DNA of 63,717 bases, counting the filler, from Octopus bimaculoides (Eukaryota): assembly GCF_001194135.2 (NCBI RefSeq). It is 7 parts of 7 records of this genome, joined end to end, with 100 filler letters (N's around TTAATTAATTAA, not from the genome) between each part and the next. Parts side by side here need not be neighbours in the genome. Positions count along the whole stretch, not along the records: positions 33,224 to 56,402 come from NC_068984.1; 6 more parts are not named here. The stretch is one strand, 5' to 3'. The translations under genes were made by a program, and so were the position numbers. Below, one piece after another: positions 38,722 to 51,281 of the stretch (its first letter is position 1; every line of letters begins with the position of its first letter). The notes below the pieces were generated by a model. The model saw only the letters and a list, made by a program, of their open reading frames with translations. It was not told the DNA's origin and did not search any database.

Positions 38722-39737
38722 GGAAAATATATATTTATATTTTTGCCTTGTTACCAATGGTAGACATCATCAGAATGACGAAGTCAGAGGTAGAGAAGAG
38801 CGAAAGGTAGAGGGATACATTGGAAAAGAAAATGATCAAAGGTTCGAAAGACTTACATTATAGTTAAGTAACCACAAAAGAAATGTCACACACAAACTAA
38901 ATAGAAACCGGTTTATTAACAGACTACCATAGCGTTGATTGACAAGTGCTAATTAAGAAACCGCTCTTTCCTAATGATAAAATGTCATTTCCGGAAACAT
39001 GCTTGATGTCACTTGGTGTCACATGATGACGGAGTGTCCTGGGTCCAAAGAAATGAACTCAATGTTTCGTGTGACCACCATTAATGTTGATTACCACCAG
39101 GCATCTTCTGAACATTGAATGCACCAAACGATTGATCAGCATGGAGATGTCTGATGGCTTACTTCCTCTGATTTCTTGTCAGTCTTGGCATGCTTGCTGC
39201 ATTCAGGAAACGAATGACAAGCTGGTAAATTTGGGTGCCTTTTATACCCAATGAATCAACGTTTTTCATGTGAATCATGCTTTTCATTCATTTGCAAGCA
39301 TTCAGGAAAAGTGAGCAAGTTTGAACCCTACATGCAATCCTTGTGTTTTCAAAAGAGAGTGGTGTTGTGGGTCAGTGACATCCTCCTGATGTCAAATTAC
39401 CTAGAAATGTGATAAAATCCATATAATCTCAATATTGTGTGTGAAACAAATAATTTTTCTCGGTGTAACGTTTCTTTTGTAGTTCAGTAAATATGAAAAT
39501 GTAATTGATAGCTTTTATTATTCAGGTGACCAAATTAAAAATAAACCTCTTGTGAAACTGAGCCTATGAATATTTATGACTCGAGAAGGAACTTATTTAA
39601 AAATGTTTATAAGTAGGTATATGGCTGCATGTGAATGTGTGTGCTTGTGTATGTATGTGTGTTTGTATGTTTGCATATATGTATGTGCATATGTATACTG
39701 GGATCTTTACATATATGTCTGTATATATGTATGTATA

Positions 39738-39953
39738 TGAGGGGTCTCTCAAAAGCTCCTGCCTTTAAGGGTATCATGAAAAGCCTTGGTGGAGGCCTAA
39801 CCTCTGAGTTCTTTTACAGAACTTAGAAAAGCTGAAGAATTACTGCAATAAGTGTGTGAATCTAATAGGGGAATATGTAGAAAAAAATCATAATTAACTG
39901 ATACTTCTGTATTTTCTTTTACCCAAGGCCAGGAACTTTTCAACATCGCCTTT
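39738..39953 (+). mobile_element. Mariner-derived MITE retaining transposase C-terminus
   Basis: Degenerate TIRs (gaggggtctctcaaaagctcctgcctt / aaggccaggaacttttcaacatcgcc) and internal LEKLKNYCNKCVNLIGEYVEK. Confidence 0.75.
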
Positions 39954-39977
39954 TATAAGTTTGTAAACGTGTGTGTG

Positions 39978-40009
<32 letters not shown>

Positions 40010-40444
40010 TGCGTGTGTGTGCTCTATTTTTTCTGTCTGTGTGTATATCAAGGAAGCAGTTTTCAAGAGTTAAAGAATAGAAAATAGAAAACACTTGGAA
40101 AAAACCCCTGAAACCTTTAGATTTAGTAAAGATTAGTTGAGAAGCTGTAGGATTAGATTTAGCTTCAAGCTGATGTCATTAGAGATTAAACAGTTCACTT
40201 GTAAGCTTTTGAAGAGGATTATAGTGACACAGGTACCTGAAATAGGGGGCTTAAAATAATATTTCTTGTTTTTGAAGTTTACATACATGCATGAAATACA
40301 TACACATATATATATTATATACATGTATGTATGTATGTATGTATGTATGTATGTATGTATGTATGTATGTATGTGTATATGTATAAGTATATATATTTAT
40401 ATACATACATACATCTATGTATATAATATATATATGTGTATGTA

Positions 40445-40494
<50 letters not shown>

Positions 40495-40958
40495 NNNNNN
40501 NNNNNNNNNNNNNNNNNNNNNNNNNNNNNNNNNNNNNNNNNNNNNNNNNNNNNNNNNNNNNNNNNNNNNNNNNNNNNNNNNNNNNNNNNNNNNNNNNNNN
40601 NNNNNNNNNNNNNNNNNNNNNNNNNNNNNNNNNNNNNNNNNNNNNNNNNNNNNNNNNNNNNNNNNNNNNNNNNNNNNNNNNNNNNNNNNNNNNNNNNNNN
40701 NNNNNNNNNNNNNNNNNNNNNNNNNNNNNNNNNNNNNNNNNNNNNNNNNNNNNNNNNNNNNNNNNNNNNNNNNNNNNNNNNNNNNNNNNNNNNNNNNNNN
40801 NNNNNNNNNNNNNNNNNNNNNNNNNNNNNNNNNNNNNNNNNNNNNNNNNNNNNNNNNNNNNNNNNNNNNNNNNNNNNNNNNNNNNNNNNNNNNNNNNNNN
40901 NNNNNNNNNNNNNNNNNNNNNNNNNNNNTATATATTTTTTTTCTCCTTGTCTCCGTAT

Positions 40959-40995
40959 TCTTTCTGTTGAAGAGCGTAGCTCGAAACGTCAAAGA
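40959..40995 (+). ncRNA. Degenerate minimal hammerhead motif in a Penelope-type repeat
   Basis: UCUUU-CUGUUGA-A-GAGC(GUA)GCUC-GAAA-CGU-C-AAAGA. The core has A6 changed to U, so it is probably inactive. Confidence 0.5.
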
Positions 40996-41124
40996 CTTTC
41001 CGTATTCCCGAGCGTCATACTAATACATCCTTTTGTTATTTACACCACCTGTCCTCGTCTGTTGTTGTTTTTTCGTATATTCTCCCATATATATATATAT
41101 ACATATATATATATACATATATAC

Positions 41125-41170
<46 letters not shown>

Positions 41171-41491
41171 ATATACAAGACTAGTAAAATCCAGGCTACA
41201 TATGTTTCTTATCACATTTATAGTAACTCTAGTTGTTAACCATGAACTATTGAGAAACTTTCAGCTTATCAAATTTCCTTATAACTTTGATAAGGGAAAA
41301 GTGTGTAATCTTCTACACCAATAAATTGTTATTGTTCCTGACTGTACACTGTCCACTTTTTGTTTCCTATAACTGCCACAGGCTGCTTGAAGCTTACAAA
41401 CTTCTTACACTTGGATCTCTAGATCCCCTCCACACACATATGTATGTATACATATATAATTTATAGATTATATGTATAGAATTGGCTGTGT

Positions 41492-41897
41492 GGAGGCGCA
41501 GGAGTGGCTGTGTGGTAAGTAGCTTGCTTACCAACCACATGGTTCTGGGTTCAGTCCCACTGCATGGCACCTTGGGCAAGTGTCTTCCAATATAGCCTCG
41601 GGCCGACCAAAACCTTGTGAGTGGATTTAGTAGGCGGAAACTGAAAGAAGCCCGTCGTATATATGTATATATATATGTGTGTGTTTGTGTGTCTGTTTGT
41701 GCCCCCACCATCGCTTGACAACCGATGCTGGTGTGTTTACGTCCCTGTAACTTAGCGGTTCGGCAAAAAGAGACCGAAAGAATAAGTACTAGGCTTACAA
41801 AGAATAAGTCCTGGGGTTAATTTTCTCGACTAAATGCGTTGCTCCAGCATGGCTGCAGTCAAATGACTGAAACAAGTAAAAGAGAATAAAGGAGAGT
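41492..41897 (+). mobile_element. Full-length tRNA-derived SINE, family A
   Basis: A-box-like TGGCTGTGTGG and B-box GGTTCAGTCCC, internal (TA/TG)n, tail ...gactgaaacaagtaaaagag. Copies at 37572-37970 (-), 29915-30553 (-), 44955-45540 (-), 21615-22385, 33225-33375, 34300-35120. Confidence 0.85.
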
Positions 41898-43509
41898 ATA
41901 TCAGGATAAAGGTTTCTAGTGTATTTGTGTATTTTGACGATCCTTTTGTGATTAATTTTCTACTTCAAAATTTCCTGTGAATAGAGTTAGGGCAGTACTG
42001 GAGCTAGAGGTGTGCTGAGGGTTTTGGTCTGCCTTGAGCAACACTTTTATGGAGGCAGCATTTTGGGGTCTACTGTATAAGCCAGTATAGGCTGTTTTGG
42101 CCCAGAAACTCAAGAGTTTTTCCTGATTGGCACATACTCTAGCTACACCACTGAGTTATGGTAGTGACATTAAGAAAAATACTTGATTATGCAAACTCAA
42201 TACTGGGGCATAGAACTTTAGTAAGACTTGAGACATACAGAGTAAAATAAAGAAAGCAGCAGGTAAATGAATCGCTATTGGCTTTGGCAATGAGAATTCA
42301 ATCATCATCATCAGCAGCAGCAGCAATGGCGCCGCCGTGGCCGCCGCCACCACCACTTGACATCTGTTTTCCATGCTGGCATTGGTTGGACGGTTTGACA
42401 GGATCTGGTGAGCTGCAAGGCCACATTGTGCTTCAATGTCAGCTTTGGCAGAGTTTCTACAGCTGGGTGATTTTTATGTGGCACTGGCACTAGTGAGGTT
42501 GCTGTGTAAACTCACCAGATGGAAAAAGAACAAGGAAAAAATATAACGCTCCCACAACAAATTGTAAGCAATTGTAAAAGGCATTTCCTCAAGATGCCAT
42601 TCAGTGAGTTTAAACATTTAGTCATGCTGTATCCAGACATGTAGGTATCACTTTGAATAATATGGCACCTTAGATCTTCTACTATTTTAACCAACCAAAG
42701 CCTTCTGAATGGACTTGACAGACAGAAACTGAAAGAAGTGTCAGGTCACTTGTGAGGTTTCTCAAGAGCACTACTGGTAACATGGGATCCAGTACAACAT
42801 GTTGCATGGTCGGGTCATCAGCAACTAAACCAGCACCCACACTAGGCTTGCCTGTTGAGGACTAAACCCAACAGGACTAAAAACAAGACCTGTCAACAGG
42901 ACAGATGAAACTACTGTAGTTTCAACGACTATCTAACAATGTCACAGGCCCTCAGAAATTCCAGGTTGGTGTCAGGCATGCTGGAAGACCACTGGGAGTA
43001 AGGCACCCTTTACCTTTTCTTAAAGCATTTCGTTAGAACCCACTTCAAACACAGGCTGTGTCTGCTCAAATAATCAGCAGTAACTCGGTCAGTGAAAACT
43101 CTATGATGGTTGACAATCCACGGCAAGATGAGCTGCTACAAATCACACTAATCCAGAATGTGTATGCATGTGACTGGGGACCACATCTGAGCTTGCATTC
43201 CCACTGAAAATCTGAATATGAGCTCTACACCTCAATAGCGAATGATATGGCATCAAAATTACTGACTCAACAGTGGCTAACTGTTGGATGTGGTTGGATT
43301 TCATAAGCGACATTGTGAACTTGTTGGTCAGAGCCAGCTCAACCAACTCCAGGTGAATCCTGCTGCAAGTACTAGTAAGTAAATTGAAAGAAGCCCATTG
43401 TGTATGTATGTATGTCTCTTCTATTTTTTTAATTATTATAAATCTTCCACTGAGGAGGGAGTCAGTTTCCAACAAAGATACAAGGCTCTATCTTTGGGAT
43501 GTAGTTAAC

Positions 43510-43740
43510 ACAGACAAATTCACATTAGGAACTTGAGAAAAGTCTTGCATATTTTTACAATTCCACTCACAGATTGCACTTGTAATGTACAAATTAGCCA
43601 GTTGATTTCTCTTTATGAAAATCTCAGTTTATTCAGATTCTCCTTTAAGCATTTACTAACAAAACCTAGTGCTCCAATTATTATTGGTATGAACATGTAT
43701 TCATAGTCTGGATATAGAAGCTGGAGGTTCCGAAAGCAGT
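43510..43740 (-). mobile_element. Degenerate R4/Dong-like LINE C-terminal fragment
   Basis: RNLQLLYPDYEYMFIPIIIGALGFVSKCLKENL...KICKTFLKF motif. Confidence 0.55.
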
Positions 43741-44433
43741 TGTTTGTATGTATGTGGGTGTGAGTGAATGTGTGTATGTTTGTGTCTCCTTGTCTTACCA
43801 TCATGTGATAGTTGTAAATGCGAGTCATTGTCATGCATGTGATGTCATTCATTTCCAATATTCTACTAAAACATATCTGGAAAAATATTAATTTCTTCAG
43901 AAATAGATGAGGACTGGTCACAGGAAAGGTATCCAATTATAGGAAATCTGTCTCAATAAAGTCTGTCTGACCCATACAAGCATAGAGAAGTGGACATTAA
44001 AATGATGATGACGATGATGATGATATATGTGGTGCCATATGTAACTAGAACATATCAAATTTGTGTAAATGGGACAATTTGGGCCAGGTCAAGACCAATC
44101 ACAGGTTTTCATTACAGGCTATGTAAACATATATGTTTGTGGGTGTGTGTGTGTGTATACACACCACCACACACACACATACATATGTATGTGTGTAATA
44201 TATATATTATATATATATTTTATATCATCATCATCATTTAATATCCGTTTTCTATTCTGGCATGGGTTGGACTGTCTGAATGGAGTTCACCAGTTGAAGG
44301 GCTGTTCAGGTTCCATATTTCACACACACACATATGTGTATATATATATATATATAACTTTTATAAGTAATATTCTAAAAGAATATACAATTGAACTTAT
44401 GTTGAGTGCTCAATTATCTTGAGCAAATAAATG

Positions 44434-44578
44434 TGTATATATGTGATTTTATATTATTAATTCATCAATAATATATTTAGGAAATCAATATTTAGTATTT
44501 CAAAAGATATATATCTTTTGAAATACTAAATATTGATTTCCTAAATATATTATTGATGAATTAATAATATAAAATCAC

Positions 44579-44587
<9 letters not shown>
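44434..44587. repeat. Perfect 154-bp palindrome with no spacer
   Basis: Centre 44510/44511 (CAAAAGATAT|ATATCTTTTG); 77-bp arms match exactly. Confidence 0.95.
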
Positions 44588-44625
<38 letters not shown>

Positions 44626-44662
44626 TACATACATACGTACATATATTCATACATACATACAC

Positions 44663-44700
<38 letters not shown>

Positions 44701-46317
44701 TGCGCATGCGTGCATACACACACACAAGGTGAGCTGGCAGAAATGTTAGCACACTGGGCGAAATGCTTAGCGGTATTTCGTATCTTTACGTTCTGAGTTC
44801 AAATTCTGCTGAAGTCGACTTTGCCTTTCTTCCTTTTGGGGTTGATAAATTAAGTACCAGTTGCATACTGGGGTCGATCTAATCGACCGGTCCCCTACCC
44901 CGAAATTTCGGGCCTTGTGCCTAGAGTAGAAAAGTATATATATATAATATATGTTATTCTTTTACTTGTTTCAGTCATTTGACTGTGGTCATGCTGGAGC
45001 ACCACCATGAAGGGCTTTTAGTCAAAGAAATCATTCCCAGGACTTTGTAAGCCTAGTGCTTATTCTATTGATATCTTTTGCTGAATTGCTAAGTTATGGG
45101 GATATAAACACACCAGCATCGGTTGTCAAGTGATGGTGAGGAGATAAACACAGGCACACACACATAAATCATCATTTAATGTCTGTTGTCTATGCTGGCA
45201 TGGGTTAGACTGTTTGACCAGGGCTGGCAAGCTGGAAGGTTGCACCAGACTCCAGTCTCATTTGGCATGGTTTTCTATGGCTGGATGCTCTTACTAATGC
45301 CAACTACTTCGTGGGTGTAATGGGTGCTTTTATGTGCCACTGGCATGGGTGCCATTTGCGTGACACCAGTATCTGCCATGACTTTGATTTTATTTGGCTT
45401 GATGGGTCTTCTTCTCAAGCATGGCATAATGCCAAAGGTCTTGATCATTCATCATTGCCTGCATGAGGCCCAACTACAATGGACTTCTTTGGGTTTCTGG
45501 GTCCCATGCAGTGGGGCTGAACTTGGAACCATGTGGTTGGGAGGCAATTATACACACATACATGTACATGTATGCATATAATATATATGTGTGTGTGTAT
45601 ATATACATAGAAAATTAATTCGATTTTGAGCACATTGAAGTAATCTTTTCCTCATATGACAGTTTCATCCAGTTGGATACAAAAGTGTGTTTTCAAGACA
45701 TTAGTCTACTCAGGATAGTTTTCTGTTCAACCCTCAATGACTGCTAGTAACAGAGGTATTCTGTTTTTGTTTTTTGCACTGCCTCATGATAAAAAAAAGA
45801 CCTCGAAAGTAAAGAGCTTGTAGAGGAAGACTAGCTGCAAGGCAAGATCGTGCATTGTGTAACAGAATTTTATTTCTTTCTTTCACTCTCCAGACATATG
45901 ATGCAGCCCCAAATAATACATAATCTATATTATTTGTTGAGCACTATTGGGGAAAAAACACTCTATTAAAGCTACTTTTGATGGACCCTGGGGGCTACGT
46001 ATGTGTCAAGTTACCGAACACAAACATACGTCTGGGTGTGTGTATACATACACGTATATATCAAGTATCATTGAACAGAAATTTAACTTCTACTTGCGAA
46101 ATTTAATATCTTAATTTCATTAAAAGAGAAATCACATCATATCGATTCTTTGTGTATTTATTATATGTTGACTGTATTTCAACTTCTTTTGCCAGAACAT
46201 AAAATTGTGAATAATAAAATTATTAACAATAATTTGAGATATAATAATTTTAACAATTTTCCTAAAAATACCAGTTTTCCTGTTCGACCTAATTCGCGAC
46301 GTCAGAATGAATCTTAC

Positions 46318-46338
46318 TTTCCGGTCCGTGGATCTCAT
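46318..46338 (-). CDS. Candidate short first coding exon of a divergent gene (MRSTDRK); could be 5'UTR only
   Basis: ATG AGA TCC ACG GAC CGG AAA followed by a strong donor GTAAGA in the same island. No downstream exon linked. Confidence 0.25.
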
Positions 46339-46654
46339 AACGATAGTTTATGTCCTTCTTTCATATATATATCAATAGCCATAGATAACAAACAGATTAA
46401 ATAAATTCAAAGTTTAATTATGCTCCTCCTATTTATGCATATCGGAATCATGTGTTAAAGGCCAAATTTTTTTCTTGACATTAAGTTTTGCTGTGGAATG
46501 TATAAATCCATTTCGAACAAGCGTTTCTAATTTCTGAATGAAATCAACAAAGTAAACAGAACAACACACAGCAAGAAGTTATCAAATAGTGTTAGCAGGT
46601 GCGTGTAGTTCTTCATACTAAGGAGACTGATTCGGTTGCCAACCGCGTGAAAGT

Positions 46655-46753
46655 ATGATTGCGTGCATCCGTCACATATTAGTCGCGTCAGTGCGTTACA
46701 GCATTTCGCGCAATCTACATGTACGATTACAGTTCCTTCGCTCTTTAAAGCAG
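46655..46753 (+). CDS. Candidate first coding exon, mitochondrial-presequence-like (MIACIRHILVASVRYSISRNLHVRLQFLRSLKQ); gene unidentified
   Basis: ATG to CAG|GTTAGT donor, 99 nt, phase 0. The peptide is Arg/Ser/Leu-rich with no D/E and sits in a locally CpG-rich, repeat-free island. No downstream exon could be linked. Confidence 0.45.
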
Positions 46754-48394
46754 GTTAGTAGTGTTTTACTACTTTCAATATCTGAAAAAAAAATTTCTTT
46801 TCTTACGGTGTTTTTTTTTAAAATTTGTAAACAGCTTTTCGTTCCATTCACTTCTTTGACTTTCCTTCATTAACTATAGGCCCTATTATTTCTTCTTATA
46901 TTATTTCTTTCTTTTTCTTTCTTTTAGAATTTATACATTTGAAGTAGTTCAAATGTCATTATATATCATTATGTACTCAATATATATGTTAGAACTTACC
47001 CGTTCAACTCGTGAAAGGTAGTTTGCTTAAATGTAAACAACCTTCCGAATGCTCTGTTTTGAGATGAGCAAAGGGGGTGGGGCAGTGTTTCGTAATATTT
47101 TTTTGCCTTCGTGTCAACGAAGTTGTATCTTTTCTAAATGCAATATTTCATATTTACCAGCGAGCCAGTGAGAGAGAGTCTCTAAGTGGACTTCGATCTG
47201 TTAGATATAACAGTCAAATCTCCCTCAAACCATATCTTACTGTCTTAAAAAAAGAAAAAAGAAATGATCTAAGTGGACATATATACCACTAAAAGGACAG
47301 ATGGTCACGGGTGAAATGCTTTTGCCCGTCAACGTTCATCTGGAACTAAACAAAGACAACAAAAACAACGATCCTCATTTTTTATCAGCCTCCTACGTGG
47401 TGGCTCGGAACTGCTAGAATTATTGGCTAAATCTCTCTCAATTCACATCATTGAATTAAAAGGACGGGATGGTCATCGCTTGAATACTTTTGGCTCTCAA
47501 GCTTACTCGACCGAGACAGACTTTGGACTCAACTACAATTGCCTCATATTTATAATAGAGAATGTACTGTTGAATTTGAAATGGTTCTAATTTGGAACTA
47601 GTACTTTAACCGCGAACTTATCTCGCTTACATAAGCATTATGTAAAAATGAAGAGAAATAAAACAGTATTTTTCGTTTTAATGAAAAACGATCTATTTTT
47701 TTTTTATTCCAGAAAATAACAAGTAATTTAAGTAATTGATTTACCTCGATTTTCAACTCAAATAATCGGTACATGAAATAAATCCTTTTTCTCTATTTAT
47801 GATTCATTGGTTCCAATAATTTTCATTTTAATTCCATATATCCGTTTTCTAAGAATGATAAAAACAAAAGGAAACAAATATATAAATAATTCTATGTAAT
47901 CTTTATATAAAATATATACATTTTTTGGCTGTTATAAACAGGCAAGTTTAAAGCATCACTTTTAATATTTTGAAATGTTTTGTCGCTTTCTTGTTTAAGT
48001 TTTATTAACGTAATCCAATATATGTATGTGATATTTTTCCAATACTTAAATTCGTCCTTGAGATACAATGCATTTTATCATTTAACCAGTGTGCGTGCGT
48101 ATATATTTTAAAGGGTGTTAGTTATACAAACTAAATGAAGTAGGGAATCGAGATTGCGGACAAATTCTTAAAAAAACCTCCACGATATCGATGTAATTGT
48201 TTTTCACTTAAAAGCAAAACGGGATTTTTCATATAAGTCAATGGGGAACCATGACAATCTTATGGTCTCGGTGAACAAAAGTGGGTTGTAGACTGTTGGG
48301 GCTTTTAGTAGTTAGCATAAAGTGAAATTCATTTGTAGTTGGAGGTTTTTTTTTTTAGAATTCTTATTCACATTTGACGCCCAACTTTCCAATA

Positions 48395-48629
48395 TAGTAA
48401 TACCTCGCCATATCGCGGTGCACCTATCGCGCACTCAGTATATCGCGGTTCACCTATCGTACACTCAGTACGTCGCGGATTTTTCTAGCTAATATATGTA
48501 AATTTATATCGCGGACTCCTCAGTATATAGAGATTTCTGCGGCCGATAGGTATTTATATTTTTTAAGATTTTAATTATTTCTGTGGGAGGTTTTGGAACG
48601 TAGCACCCGCGATAGTCGAGGGATTACTG
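48395..48629. mobile_element. pogo/Tigger-like MITE
   Basis: TIRs (t)AGTAATACCTCG / CGAGGGATTACTG, TA flanks, internal atatcgcgg repeats. Confidence 0.8.
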
Positions 48630-48732
48630 TATTTATATTTGTTTATAAGCTTTACAAATTTAACTGTGCATGAATTTTTGGCGATGCCAAATAGGAGTTT
48701 CGCATATTTGGTAGCTATGTAACTTGACGAAA

Positions 48733-48822
48733 GTAAAGAATACGCACACCCGGTGGTTAGGGTTTAAGGATAGTTTTAGGGTTAGGGTTACGTCGAAAAC
48801 GGGTGGTGGGCGTATTCTTTAC
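48733..48822. mobile_element. Short inverted-repeat element enclosing TTAGGG repeats
   Basis: 18-bp IR with 17/18 match; TTAGGG at 48757, 48776 and 48782. Confidence 0.6.
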
Positions 48823-49039
48823 CTCCGCCTTGTAACTTTATACAAGGTGCAGCTCTAACATCTGATGTCTTCACAAAGAGTTCTGTTAGTATGCTGTTCA
48901 ATGTAATTCAGCCTTCAAAGTGTTATAGAAGTTGTTGATCAAATTTACCACAGGTTTCTGCATAAGCCGTCATGATAAATCCTATCAAATGCCTTTAATA
49001 ATGTCGATATAAATATTATCTTAATTTTTTTTTGTGGTT

Positions 49040-49320
49040 GGAGTCAGGGGAAAGAGACTGTGCCTAGCTTTTCAACATTTACATGTTGGCATCTGCAGGC
49101 GAAATGTGAGCAGGAAGGGAATTTCAGAGGGTTGACAGTGATATTTTGGAAAAGAAGGATAGTGGTTTGTGTGCAACCTGGGAGACAGACAGAATGGGCA
49201 ATGAGAGGTAGGTGGGCTTGGATGGAGGTGGTAAGCTCTAGGGAGCAGAGGATATTGTAGTAGAGGTAGAAGGGGCAGTGAGGGGACAGCATATCTGTGG
49301 GCTAGAGGCTGGAATAGTTT
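49040..49320 (-). mobile_element. Degenerate LINE RT C-terminal/3' fragment (CR1/L2/Jockey-like)
   Basis: FYLYYNILCSLEL...HSVCLPGC.QT...FQN resembles FYRYY.G.CS.EL...HP.CV.LP.CRT..FF LINE termini. Confidence 0.4.
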
Positions 49321-49860
49321 TGGTCAGTTTCGGCTTATCAGCTTGGATGGCTTTCCTTTAGATATGGTCTTAAATTGATGTAAAAATGATGATGATTGTG
49401 GTAGTCGTATGTGTATGCCAGCACCTTTTCAGATATGAATCTCACTTGAGCTCTATAGAGAGTCAGCAACTAAATGGAGCTCAAGTATTTTCTAATTCTG
49501 AAATGAAACAGTAGTCTTTGAGACAGAATTTTTGCTGTTATGAATGCAAGACTGCCAGATAGGATCATTAATAATTGTGAGGTGTGGCATTTGTAACGAT
49601 TTGGAGAGTTTTGATTGTGTTGTGTAAAACTAGAGGGAGTGATGTACAATATTGTTTTCTTAATGTGTTGCAATTGTGACTTTATGCTGTTGATGGAAAC
49701 AAGATACTCATGTCTCTTTTGGAGAATACAGAGGTAGTGTAGGCTTGATGCAGGGTGTCAGGTACATGGATTATATCTGTGTATGAAAGGTTAAGGAGGT
49801 ATGTAGAGTGATAGCATATGGGGTGGGTAAATGAGGTTGATAGCAAACAGGGCTTACCAT

Positions 49861-50076
49861 TTCGAGTGTGGCCATTGCCAATACCTCCTGACTGTGGCAC
49901 GTAAAAGCACCCACTACACTCTCTGAGTGGTTGGCGTTAGGAAGGGCATCCAGCTGTAGAAACCTTGTCAGATCAGATTGGAGCCTGGTGTAGCCATCTG
50001 GTTCACCAGTCCTCAGTCAAATCGTCCAACCCATGCTAGCATGGAAAGCGGACGTTAAACGATGATGATGATGATG
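49861..50076 (+). mobile_element. RTE LINE 3'UTR fragment
   Basis: Same family terminus with (GAT)n tail. Confidence 0.85.
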
Positions 50077-50682
50077 AACTGAGCCATCTGGCATGACAGT
50101 TGATGGAATGAGTCCAGGAGAGCATCATCAATCCATAATTGTAATGGTGTGATCTGACTGAAAGTTTCTGAAACAAGAGACAAACATAGATCGTTAGAAA
50201 AATTTTTGTACTTGACACAGTCAAATGTCTTTTTGATGTGAATTATAATGACATTGTGTCATCAAATTTCTTAAGAGATAGTAGGATAGGTCTGTAGTGG
50301 ATCTGGCTCCAAGGAAGTTGTACTGAGCTCTCTTAAATGATGAGTGAGGATAAGATTGAAGTTGTGGTTCATATTGAAAGCAAGGTTTGTGTTGTTGGAA
50401 CACTTAAGAGAGAAAGAACATGTTAATATTAGCAATCTCTAAGTAGTGTAATAATTTGGTGTTAGCTTTTTGAGAGAAATAGCACTGCTATGAACATTGG
50501 GCAAGATTGTAAATTTACTAAAAGAGTATATAGTTGTTTTTGAAAATTGCTATAATGGGATAGGTCTGGATCTCCAAAGTTTGAAGAGGACTTTATTACT
50601 TTTGTTGTGTAGTTCTTGGTTAGCTCTAATCAAACACTCCTATCACATGGATATAGTCAGTTGAACAACTATTATTCTAGAT

Positions 50683-51001
50683 CAGGGCTGGCCAACCTGA
50701 GGCCTGTGGGCCGCATGCAGCCCACAGACTTTTATCTTGTGGTCCACTTGATACTTTCTTGAAATGAGTTGATTTTAAAAATTTTATCAAAAATTAAAAA
50801 TTGTAATGAAAAATAAAAAAGAAAGGTACTACTGTTTTTGCAATGTTAATATTTCATGTTGAATCAACAATCATTCATTCATTATTGTAATAATAGCATG
50901 AGAAAGCAAATTGCTTTCAATTCTGTCAGTATACAAGCGGCCCTCAAAAAGCTTTTTGTGATTAAAGTGGCCCACAATGTAATTCAAGTGGGTAAGGCTT
51001 G
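50683..51001. mobile_element. hAT (Charlie-like) MITE
   Basis: Starts CAGGGCTGGCCAAC; 8-bp TSD TTCTAGAT at 50675-50682 and 51002-51009. Confidence 0.85.
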
Positions 51002-51069
51002 TTCTAGATATACCATCACATAGTTGATGACCATATGGCTGTGGTTAATCATAAGGGATTCATGCAATA

Positions 51070-51281
51070 ATACAGTCTGAATATAATATATTCTGTTCAC
51101 TTTTCACTCTATTACTATATGTCTGTAGATTCTGGTGATGACAGGCAAGGTGGACTTGGTCACATCATATTAGTTATACAGTCTGAATATAATATACTCT
51201 GTTCACTTTTCACTCTATTACTATATGTCTGTAGATTCTGGTGATGACAGGCAAGGTAGACTTGGTCACATCATAATGGTT
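51070..51281 (+). repeat. Tandem duplication with ~106-bp unit
   Basis: atacagtctgaatataatata...ggtcacatcat begins at 51070 and again at 51176. Confidence 0.9.

Larger units (their letters stand above)
46130..46760. promoter_or_regulatory. Candidate bidirectional promoter / CpG-retaining island
   Basis: Repeat-free stretch with many CpGs (e.g. aattcgcgacgtcag, accgcgtg, gtcgcgtcagtgcg, ttcgcgc) flanked by outward-facing splice donors. Confidence 0.45.

Noticed and set aside
38990-39545. Possible decayed Tc1/mariner transposon
   Set aside because: The general look is suggestive, but I could not recover a DDE/D motif or paired TIRs, so it is not reported as a feature.
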